From Dehalococcoidia bacterium (GTDB lineage Bacteria; Chloroflexota; Dehalococcoidia; UBA6926), in contig OZ243973.1 in the NCBI GenBank assembly GCA_965214725.1, positions 1,468,079 to 1,532,078 on the forward strand: a stretch of DNA of 64,000 nt, given 5' to 3'. Of this stretch, positions 27,458 to 36,500 are shown in pieces. The notes beneath the pieces were generated by a model. That model did not search any database. It saw only the letters and a list, made by a program, of their open reading frames with translations, and was not told the DNA's origin. The position numbers and the translations under genes are program-made. Numbering within the stretch: the first letter of the stretch is position 1; each line of letters starts with the position of its first letter.

Positions 27458-28177
27458 ATGCGCGCCGCACTGGCCGCCGTCATGCTCTCGGCATTTATCC
27501 TGCCCCTTGTGGGCGCGTGCGGGGTTGAACCGACGCCAACGCCTGAGCCGGAATTGGCATATGAGGACATCCTGGAGGAGACGGACGCGCATCTGCTCTC
27601 GTTTCAGACTGCGCGCTTTCGCCTGATCGACGAGATGGAGTCCGGCGCCCCATTCTTTGGACAGACGCTGCAGAGCGTTGACGGACAAGTCGTGACGCCT
27701 GACCGGGCGCAGATCACAGCGAGCGTTGAGTCGATACTCGGATTCTTGGAGATTGGCATCATAACCATCGGTGACGATGCATTCATGCAGTTGACATCAG
27801 GCGCAGCCTGGAGGCCGCTGCCACCAGATCAGCTGCCGTTCAATCTCTCCAACGTTGGCCGGACGCTCAGTGACATGTTGCCCAAGATTCAGGGCGGTGA
27901 GGTCATCGGGCGGGAAATCGCCAACGACGCCGAATCCATCAAGATTGAAGGCGATATCGTCTCAGACGACCTCACGGGTCTGATACCTGCCGCAGACCCG
28001 GGCCATCCAATCGATCTCACCCTGTGGGTGAGCCCCGCAGACCGGAGCCTGCACCAGATCAGGATCGTTGGCGCCGTTTTTGACGAGGACGCGCCGGGCA
28101 CGAGCCGACTTATCATCCTCTCCGACTATGACCAGCCCGTTGAGATTGACGCGCCGCCTATAGCCACTGAACCGTGA
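27458..28177 (+). CDS. LprG/LppX-family lipoprotein.
   Basis: Starts MRAALAAVMLSAFILPLVGAC with a lipobox (VGAC). The C-terminal region (TLWVSPADRSLHQIRI...LSDYDQPVEIDAPP) resembles the M. tuberculosis LprG C-terminus (TVWIQETGDHQLAQAQL...LSKWGEKVQVTKPP). The ATG at 27458 lies 5 nt after the MMPL stop. The ORF-track start at 27314 overlaps the MMPL gene out of frame and is rejected. Confidence 0.6.
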   Translation: MRAALAAVMLSAFILPLVGACGVEPTPTPEPELAYEDILEETDAHLLSFQTARFRLIDEMESGAPFFGQTLQSVDGQVVTPDRAQITASVESILGFLEIGIITIGDDAFMQLTSGAAWRPLPPDQLPFNLSNVGRTLSDMLPKIQGGEVIGREIANDAESIKIEGDIVSDDLTGLIPAADPGHPIDLTLWVSPADRSLHQIRIVGAVFDEDAPGTSRLIILSDYDQPVEIDAPPIATEP

Positions 28178-29628
28178 ACAGCGTCCGGTCCCGCCTCGCG
28201 CCGCTTGGCTCATCCCGAGCGGCCATCCTGGCGATTGTCTGCTTAAGCGTCTTCTCGACGGCGCTTGATCAGACGGTGGTGTTGGCGGCGCTGCCGACAG
28301 TCATGCTGGACCTCAAGCTCTCACTCTCTGACCTTGATACGGCCGCCTGGATCGTCACCGGGTATCTGATTGGCTACACGGTGGTCATGCCGCTTGCGGG
28401 GCGGCTGTCAGACATCCATGGCCGCGTGAGGGTGTTCCAGGCCGCGCTGCTCATCTTTGCGATTGGCTCCGCATTCGTCGCTGTCGCACCCAATTTCGGC
28501 TGGATTGTTGCCGCCCGTGTCGTACAGGCCATCGGCGGTGGCGCAACGCTGCCGATTGGGCTGGCAATGGCCATGGCGGTGGTTGCGCCCGGGCAGCGGG
28601 GCATGGCGCTCGGACTGGTGGCCGCATCGGCGGAGGCGGGCGCCGTTCTCGGCCCGATCTACGGAGGAGCGTTGATTGAGTGGGTGGGCTGGCGGCTCAT
28701 CTTCTGGCTGGACATCCCGCAGAGCCTGCTGCTCATCGCCGTGCTGGCCATTCTCCGGAATCACGCCACGCCCGGGGCGCGTATGGACTACGCAGGCACG
28801 GCGCTGCTTGGCGCGACGCTCACCGTTGTGACAATCGGCCTATCACAACGCGCGATTTTCTCATTGGATTCCGCCTTCCCCTACATCATGCTCGCGCTGG
28901 GCGCCGTGTTGGCCATCGCATTCGTCTTCATTGAGCGACGTTCAGCGCAGCCCCTCATCGCCCCCTTTCTCTACAAATCGGGAGCCTTTGTGTCTGCCAA
29001 CATGACCCAACTGATGGCGGGGATGTCTCTCATCATTGCGCTGGTCGGCGTCCCGCTTATGGCCAATACAATCATGGAGAAAGGGGACTGGGAGAGCGCC
29101 CTGCACCTGGCACGACTGATGGTGGCCATTCCGGTGGGCGCGGCGGTGGGCGGATATATCCTGCGGTGGACGCCCGCCCGTCCCATAGTCATAACGGGAT
29201 TGGTCCTTATCGGAATCGGACTGCTGTTTATGAGCGGGTGGGAGAGAGATGTTGACGAGCTCCGGTTAACCGCGCCCCTCTTGATGGCCGGGCTCGGTTT
29301 CGGGCTCATCTTGCCGCCAATCAGCGTCACAGCCCTCAGCGCCGCGCCAAGCGACTACTGGGGCACGGCCGCGTCATTGGTCACCGCTGCGCGAATGGTC
29401 GGCATGGCCATTGGGCTTGCCGCGCTCTCCGCCTGGGGCATTGAGCGGTTCTATAACCTGACGGCGGGCATGTCGATTGGGCCGTCATTGGACGAGGCGG
29501 AGGGGGCGCTTATCGGGGCAGGGGTGAGTGTCTTTCAAGACCTGTTCATGATTGCCGGACTCATCTCGCTTCTCGCCATTCTGCCCGCCTTGTTCATGAG
29601 GATGGAGCCTGTAACCGCCGACTCTTAG
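28174..29628 (+). CDS. MFS transporter, 14-TM DHA2-like (P55-like efflux pump).
   Basis: 484 aa and hydrophobic throughout. MFS motif region around GRLSDIHGRVRVF. The GTG start overlaps the lipoprotein stop (GTGA at 28174-28177). Confidence 0.7.
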   Translation: MNSVRSRLAPLGSSRAAILAIVCLSVFSTALDQTVVLAALPTVMLDLKLSLSDLDTAAWIVTGYLIGYTVVMPLAGRLSDIHGRVRVFQAALLIFAIGSAFVAVAPNFGWIVAARVVQAIGGGATLPIGLAMAMAVVAPGQRGMALGLVAASAEAGAVLGPIYGGALIEWVGWRLIFWLDIPQSLLLIAVLAILRNHATPGARMDYAGTALLGATLTVVTIGLSQRAIFSLDSAFPYIMLALGAVLAIAFVFIERRSAQPLIAPFLYKSGAFVSANMTQLMAGMSLIIALVGVPLMANTIMEKGDWESALHLARLMVAIPVGAAVGGYILRWTPARPIVITGLVLIGIGLLFMSGWERDVDELRLTAPLLMAGLGFGLILPPISVTALSAAPSDYWGTAASLVTAARMVGMAIGLAALSAWGIERFYNLTAGMSIGPSLDEAEGALIGAGVSVFQDLFMIAGLISLLAILPALFMRMEPVTADS

Positions 29629-30320
29629 GTTGAGCGGGGTGTCCATGCGCGCATGCGTTTACCGTGGAAGAATTTTCCGGTCACGCCCGGTGGGCGAGTC
29701 ACAATAGAGAGCGCGCCCTCAGCAGACCAGCGTGGATCGCCCGGCGCAGTCGGTGACATATCCGTTCGCACCCACCCCGGTGACATCGCGTTCACCGCAA
29801 CCGTGCCGCGCAGCTCGTTGGCCGTTGCGAGAGTAAGGGCGTGGAGCGCCGCCTTTGAGACACCATACGAGTTCCGGAGTCCCGGGCCGAGAATGCCCAT
29901 CGTTGATCCGATGTTGAGGACGCGCGGATGATTTGAGCGACGCAAAAGCGGCAGGAGCCGCTTCGTGCAGAAATAGGCACCATGCACATTGACCTGAAAC
30001 GTCGTCAGGAAGGCGTCATCCGGGCCTGACGTTAGCCCGGAATCGCTGTTGTCGAGAACGCCCGCATTGTTCACCAGAATGTCGACGGCGCCCCATTCGC
30101 GCTGTGCCCACGCGGCGATACGGTCGACATCCATCGGATCAGACACATCCGCCTTGAGGGTGAGCAAGGCGGGGAGATGCTCCTTCGCTTCATCGAGCTT
30201 TGCGGCGCTCCGGGACACGGCCAGGACATGCGCCCCCTCTGCCAGAAACAGCTCAGAGATCTGGTAGCCGATGCCGCGGCTGCCGCCTGTGATAATGACC
30301 CGTTGTCCTTTGAGTTTCAT
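29625..30320 (-). CDS. Short-chain dehydrogenase/reductase (SDR) family oxidoreductase.
   Basis: N-terminal Rossmann motif ITGGSRGIG, an NNAG motif (VNNAGV) and a Y...K catalytic pair (YGVSKAAL). Confidence 0.8.
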   Translation of the reverse strand: MKLKGQRVIITGGSRGIGYQISELFLAEGAHVLAVSRSAAKLDEAKEHLPALLTLKADVSDPMDVDRIAAWAQREWGAVDILVNNAGVLDNSDSGLTSGPDDAFLTTFQVNVHGAYFCTKRLLPLLRRSNHPRVLNIGSTMGILGPGLRNSYGVSKAALHALTLATANELRGTVAVNAMSPGWVRTDMSPTAPGDPRWSAEGALSIVTRPPGVTGKFFHGKRMRAWTPRST

Positions 30321-30448
30321 GCGGGATCCCCCTCTTATTCAGTGCGTCAATTGTGCGCAATTTCGGCGCAGTATGCACCCACCATTCAGTATTCATGGTC
30401 AGAGGCCGCGATCGCGCTATTGTACAATTCGCATCAAGACGGGAGGGC

Positions 30449-31387
30449 TTACGAGCTGAGGTTTGTCGGCACGCGGGTTATACGCAAGACAAAGTGCTCG
30501 GGGGTCGGGTCGATTCTTGCCGCCCGATCAGTGACCATGCCGAGCGCGTAGCCGATGGCGCTGGGGCCCCACTCAGGAAGGGAAACGGACAGGCCTTTTT
30601 CATAGGGCGACAAGGACAGCATAAACGGCCATTTTCCCCCTAAGCCTCTGGGGGCATACTTCTTAGGCAGATCAACCATCGGCCCGAGCCGGAATTGTCC
30701 GGTCTTTAGCGTCAGGCGCTCGGTAATCGTCAAGGGGTCAGCATGGAGTCCGAACAGCCCTGCGTCGAATGCGATGATCGCCTCTGTTCGCTGCGTCGAG
30801 CTGGTGTTGAACCAATTGGGAGCGGCTGTAAAGCGCTCCTTACGTGGGTCAAAGCCGGTGCCTAAGACCTGGATACCCGTCAGTTCCACTTTGCCGAATC
30901 GGCTCAACGAATCATAGAAACACTGAATGAGCGCCGGCAGGACAGGAGCCGGATCCCAAGACCGTTGATGCCATCCCGCATTGACGTAATGCTTGCCGCC
31001 GGGCGGGGGAGGAGGTGTAGGTTCGGAGGGCACAAGTGGCCCGAAGCCCACATTGACATTTATAAATCCGATGCGGTCATCGCCGTCCCCGGCAGTAGTC
31101 AACTCAGCCTCATGCATCTCCCACAGCGGCTCAGGTCTACTGCCGGCCTTGTTAGACCACCCCGTTGACCATCCCAATATTTCGGCCTGTTCTTCGAAGA
31201 CACCAAAGAAGAGATCTTCCCTTCCATCCTCCAGAATGCGGCCAGCCAAGTCATCGTCTTTCTCCAGTTTCCCAAAGGCCTCAACGTAGAGCAGGCCGGA
31301 CATAAGGAATCTACGGCCTGGGGCGACAGTTAAGCTGCGCCGCATTCGTGACTTTGAAGGGCAGGTCCCACGTATCAACAAGATCAA
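30449..31387 (-). CDS. Hypothetical protein. Start is uncertain; the internal Met at about 31303 is possible.
   Basis: Long ORF with ordinary amino-acid composition. Contains a PTPPPPPGG tract. No family was recognised. Confidence 0.4.
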   Translation of the reverse strand: MILLIRGTCPSKSRMRRSLTVAPGRRFLMSGLLYVEAFGKLEKDDDLAGRILEDGREDLFFGVFEEQAEILGWSTGWSNKAGSRPEPLWEMHEAELTTAGDGDDRIGFINVNVGFGPLVPSEPTPPPPPGGKHYVNAGWHQRSWDPAPVLPALIQCFYDSLSRFGKVELTGIQVLGTGFDPRKERFTAAPNWFNTSSTQRTEAIIAFDAGLFGLHADPLTITERLTLKTGQFRLGPMVDLPKKYAPRGLGGKWPFMLSLSPYEKGLSVSLPEWGPSAIGYALGMVTDRAARIDPTPEHFVLRITRVPTNLSS

Positions 31388-31488
31388 CGTTTACGATACT
31401 TCGGGTTTGCATTACCATCGCCTCCTCTCAGCAACTCTCCTGCATCTGTTTGGTGTGAACTCTACGCGGAACTTTTCTGCTGTCAAGC

Positions 31489-33291
31489 TTGGGAATGGCC
31501 ACAGACCGCGCTATTGTACAATTCACATCAAGACGGGAGGCTGCCCGAGCCTTGACTTCACGCGGCGAGGAACTACCGATTCAGCATGAGCCGGATGAGC
31601 CGACATCCCTTCGGGTTACGCTGGTGGTGGGCGCGCAAGGCGCCATGCTCATCATCGCCCCCACCGTGCTCAACACAACGGTGGCGATTCAGGCGTCTGC
31701 ACTCGATGACGCCTACCTCGCATGGGGAGTCTTTGCCGCTCTGGTGATTGCCGCAGCCGTGACCGGGCTGCAGGCAGTACAGTTCTGGCGATTTGGCGGG
31801 GGACACATCGTTCTCACGTCCCCGGCCGCGCTCTTTATCGCTGTCATGGCCGCCGCCGTCTCCTCCGGCGGCCCGTCGCTCTTTGCGACGCTCCTGATTA
31901 TCTCCTGCATCGTCCAGATTGGCCTCGCATTCTGGCTGCCACTCCTACGCAGGATATTCACACCCGTCGTCATCGGCACGGTGACGATGCTTATTGCCGT
32001 CAGCGTGCTGCCGATCGCATTCAGCAGCATGCAGAACCTGCCGGACGACGCGCCGACCATCTCCGGCCCGCTCATGGTGGCGGCGACGCTGAGTGTCTCG
32101 GTCATCATGACGCTGCGAGCCAGAGGGAGATGGCGCCTTGCGGGACCCGTCATCAGTATTGTGGCCGGCTACATGGTGGCAGCCGCGTTCGGTTTGGTTG
32201 AAACGGAACGTATTGGCCTCGCCCCCTGGTTTGGCATCCCGGAGGTGCCGCACATTGGCCTCGATCTGACATTCGGCACAGAGTTCTGGGCGCTCCTACC
32301 CTCATTCGCCATCCTGACCCTTGTGCTTGGCATCAAGACGATCAGTGATGGTGTTGCAATCCAACAGGGGTCGAGGCGGCGGCAGCGCGCAATCGATTTC
32401 AGACAGATTCAGGGCATGGTCAGCGTGAACGGGATCGGCATGCTGCTGGGCGGCATCTCAGGCACGCTTCCGCCCATGTCCTATTCCTCGTTCAGCCTCT
32501 CACTGATTAGCCTCACGGGAATCGCCGCCCGTCGTGTGGGAATCAGTGTTGCGATCGTGATTCTTCTCTTCGCCCTTTTTTCAAAGGTCACCGCCTTGCT
32601 GTTAACCATTCCAGGCCCGGTGCTTGGGGCATATCTCATGCTCGCCATGGGCATGCTCTTCGTCAGCGGCATGCAAACCATTCTCCGTGAGGGCCTGAAT
32701 CAGAAGCGCGTCCTCATTGTCGCGATTGCCGGAGGCATGGGCATTGGCCTGCACAACCACCCCATCATGGTGGACCTGTTTGGCAATGTCATGGGCAATC
32801 TGCTCGGCAACGGGGCAACCATCAGCGCGATCGTCGCGATTGGCCTGACATTCGTGTTGGAATCACTCGGATCACGCCTATCCCGTCTTGAGGTCACGCT
32901 GCAGACATCCTCACTGCCTGCAATCGACGAATTTCTCACGGGCCTGGCAAGCGAGTTGGGGTGGAGCGAGGCATCCACGGCACGGCTGCGTGCCGCAGGG
33001 GAGGAGGCGCTCGCCAGCCTGCAGGCGTTGGGCGACTCCTCAGAGAGCGCAACGCCACCCCGGCTCATCATCAAAGCACGGCCACAGGGGCGGGCTGTGG
33101 AGCTGGAGTTTGTCGCCACGACGAGGCAAGAGAACATTGAGGATCAGCTGGCGTATCTGACGGATGAGGGCGCCATTCCGACAACAGAAGACCTGCCGCT
33201 CCGGCTCTTGCGGTATCACTCCTCCGCCGTGCGCCACGAGAGATTCTTCGGCGTGGACATCGTCACCGTCCTGGTGGAGGGCGGAGCCTAA
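31489..33291 (+). CDS. NCS2 (xanthine/uracil permease family) nucleobase transporter with an extra ~150-aa C-terminal soluble domain. Start is uncertain; the likely start lies around 31607-31648.
   Basis: Multi-TM region. The segment VNGIGMLLGGISGTLPPMSYSSFSLSLISLTGIAARRVGISVAIVILLF aligns with the NCS2 signature region (DGLxxxLAGLFGGxPxTTFxQNxGVIxLTGVASRYVG). The C-terminal domain (RLIIKARPQGRAVELEFVATT...) was not identified. Confidence 0.55.
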   Translation: MGMATDRAIVQFTSRREAARALTSRGEELPIQHEPDEPTSLRVTLVVGAQGAMLIIAPTVLNTTVAIQASALDDAYLAWGVFAALVIAAAVTGLQAVQFWRFGGGHIVLTSPAALFIAVMAAAVSSGGPSLFATLLIISCIVQIGLAFWLPLLRRIFTPVVIGTVTMLIAVSVLPIAFSSMQNLPDDAPTISGPLMVAATLSVSVIMTLRARGRWRLAGPVISIVAGYMVAAAFGLVETERIGLAPWFGIPEVPHIGLDLTFGTEFWALLPSFAILTLVLGIKTISDGVAIQQGSRRRQRAIDFRQIQGMVSVNGIGMLLGGISGTLPPMSYSSFSLSLISLTGIAARRVGISVAIVILLFALFSKVTALLLTIPGPVLGAYLMLAMGMLFVSGMQTILREGLNQKRVLIVAIAGGMGIGLHNHPIMVDLFGNVMGNLLGNGATISAIVAIGLTFVLESLGSRLSRLEVTLQTSSLPAIDEFLTGLASELGWSEASTARLRAAGEEALASLQALGDSSESATPPRLIIKARPQGRAVELEFVATTRQENIEDQLAYLTDEGAIPTTEDLPLRLLRYHSSAVRHERFFGVDIVTVLVEGGA

Positions 33292-33597
33292 CCCGTGATC
33301 GTGCCGGGCTGCCGTCCACGCCCGGGATCACGCGGTACATCGCCGAGCGCGATCGTGTTTGAGGTGACGATCTCGTGCAATGACCGTGCGAATCCAGATT
33401 TGCTCAGCTTGGTATAATAAATTGAACAATGTTTTGAACCATGTTCGAAACAGGGAGCGCGGAAGACAGACATGCTCGTCGGCAAGACGACAGTCCGGAT
33501 TGGAGACCACATAGGGGACAAGCCCACCTAGGAGATAATTGGCATGCACCAAGAGCATACCGCCCACTCCAACTCTTGGAGACTCGGCACGAGAAGC

Positions 33598-36500
33598 ATG
33601 AATGGTTTCAGCTGGAGACTCTCCGTGGTCACGCTGGCCGTCTTGGCCCTGGTGATCACGGCGTCAGCCGGGCTGTGGCTGGTTAACCCGCCACAGGACG
33701 CTGCCGCGCAAACCGCGCTGCCGGAACTCAAGATCGCCGCCGCCACTGCCACCGTGGCCGAGGGCGGCGAGCTGAGATTCACCATCTCCGCCAGCGATCC
33801 GACGCTGGACCGCGACCTCACCGTGAACCTGCAGGTCACCGAGGACACCAGTCAGGGCCGAACCTACCTCGCCGCCTCGGAGCGCGGCTCCAAACGGGCC
33901 GTCCTCTACGCCGGCATGGAGACCGGAACCTTCACGGTCAAAACCGTCGACGACAATAACGACGAGCACGACGGCGCTGTTACCGTGACGCTGCGCCCCG
34001 GGAACGGCTACACCGTGGGCGCCACCAACGCCGCCACCGGCACGGTGACCGACAAAGACGGCACCCATGTGACTCTGACTATTGGCAAAAGCATTATTCC
34101 GGAGAACGGCGGCAAGACCGACATCACGTACCGACTCCGGGGGCCGCTGAAAGCGGGTCAAACCATCGCGTTCAAGGCTGGGACCGGACGTGATTCTAAT
34201 GGAAGACAAGGCGTCGACTGGACCCTCCAGAAGAAGCCGGGCGCCGACAACACTGGCGTGACGCTATCCGCCAGCGGGACTGTCAACGGGGTTACCGCCA
34301 CCGCGCGGAACCCGATTGTGACCATGACCGGCGCCGGCGTACGGGAAGCCAAGCTCGAGCTGACCGCCGTTGACGATACTGCGACCAGCAATCGGCGAAT
34401 CACTTGGTTTGTTGGCAGTAACGGTGGCATCAGCAACATCTTTGTGCAGACCCTCGGTGGCGCCCAGGGTAGCTTCAGGGTCAGCGGGCGCAATCACATC
34501 TATCTCATAGACGACGATAACCCTCCCGCACCCGTAATCGGCTTTTCGAGAAATGCTTTCAGCGGCAACGAGAATGGGGGCCTTGTTCAGCCGGTTGTCA
34601 ACTTTTCCAGAGTCGCCACGCCGGAATTCGAGCTGCCGCTGACCTTCACTGCCGGCACTGCAACGGAAGGCGCGGACTACCATGAGCCTGGTCCGCAAAT
34701 TGTAGATCTGTCAAGCAGTTCTAGTACTGGATTGAGTTTTGACATCCACCTAATCGATGACAAGCATAAGGAGGGCGCCGAAACCCTCACGGTCGCCATC
34801 GACATGGACGCCCTGCCGGACCTCAATGGCAATAGCGAAGGCAATGGCTGGGTTGCCGGGGATCACACGACCGCAACCATCACCATCAATGATAACGACA
34901 GCGATGTTCACGCCTCGATCAGCGCCCTCGATAACATCGCAACCGAGGGCAGCTCCAGCGACAAGGCCACCTTCCGAGTCAGCCTCGACTCCGTGCGGGG
35001 CGCGGCGGGACCGTTGACCGACGGCGACAGCGCCAGGATCAACTTTGCCTTCCTCGGCGGCGCTCATGGTAAGGACTTCGATGTCAATCTGTTGACCAAC
35101 CACCCCACGCTGTCATCCGACGGCGCTTCCGTGAAATTCAACCCCAACGCCGTCAGTCCGGCGCAGGACACGCCACTATTCGCCGACTTCGAGTTGATCG
35201 CCCGGCAGGACCTGGACGCCATCGACGATCTGGTGAGGGTGCAGCTGGCCGTAATCGTGGCCGGCGCCGGCACTCCCACGGGCTCGGCGAGCGGCGAAGC
35301 CCGCATCACCCTGCGGGACGATGACCAGAAAGCGACGGGTCTGCGCATGCGCGGAGAGCTGGATGGTCCCATTGCTGACGACGACGGCGCTTTCAGGATC
35401 GGCGAGGGCAGCGGCGAAACCTTGGTGTTCGGCCTTACGCAGGCGCCAACTGCTGCCGTGAACGCGGATGCGTCCATCATCTCCGGCAGCCACGCTGCCT
35501 CCATCACGTCCGGCGCCACCAACCAGGTGGTGGTGGGCAATAGCTTCTGCTACTCGCGCTGTCCCTGGCGAGTGTGGTTCGACTACAACTACGGCGATCC
35601 GCAGAACAGTACATTGAACGGGTATCGGATTGACATCGCCGGCACGGAGGACATCGCCACCGTGCTCACCGACGACGTGACGCTGCGGATCGCCCTCCGC
35701 TCGGCCGACAAGAACTACGACGGCGCCGTGTATGAATACCCCATCAAGGTGATTGACAACGATCAGCCCATCAGCGTGGAGCTCGTGAGCACCAGCGCGG
35801 TCGACCTGCCGGAAAGCCGCAACGGCCGCATCAGGCTGGGGGTGCGGGCATCGCGTCCGGTTCACACCGGGTTGACGCCGCAGCTGACCTGGCCCGACCC
35901 GTCGGACACCGGCCACTTCACCCCGGCCCAGGACATCGACATCGCCGTGGAACCGATACCGGTGGGCGGCGACATGGCTTACATCTACCTCGACTCCAAC
36001 GACGACAACGTCGCTGAGGCGGAAGCGTCAGCAACGGCTACCATGTCCCTGGAGGAAACGGTTGCAGGCGTAACCGTGGACCAGACGCGCAACACCTTCC
36101 TGCTCCGGCACAGCGATGATGACAATCTGAACATCCGGCTGATCAAACGCTACGCCTCGGACAACACAGTCAGCTACGCGGTGTACTTCACCCGTCCGGT
36201 GGACTATGCCATTGAGCTGGTCCTGAAGGGCAAGAACAGCAACAATGACCGCATCCTGGGCATGCCCAGCACGGTGACTCAGAATAACCCCAACCTCACC
36301 AGCCCGCACGAGTACACCATCTTCGATCCGGATCGGTACACTGCCATCATCGCGCGCACCCTAGGGGACTACACGTTCTTCGACAGCCAGGCCATCGTGG
36401 TGTCCGACGGTATTCAGCTGATCGACCACGATGACCCGGTTCCGACGACAGGTCCCCCACTGATGGCGCAAAGCAGCGAGGTGTCGCCACAGGGCACGGT

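Noticed and set aside
30407-30416. The CGCGATCGCG palindrome (contains GCGATCGC, the cyanobacterial HIP1 motif).
   Set aside because: It is a single occurrence in this window. Gene content and GC-rich composition do not point to cyanobacteria. It is treated only as part of the duplicated 35-nt element region.
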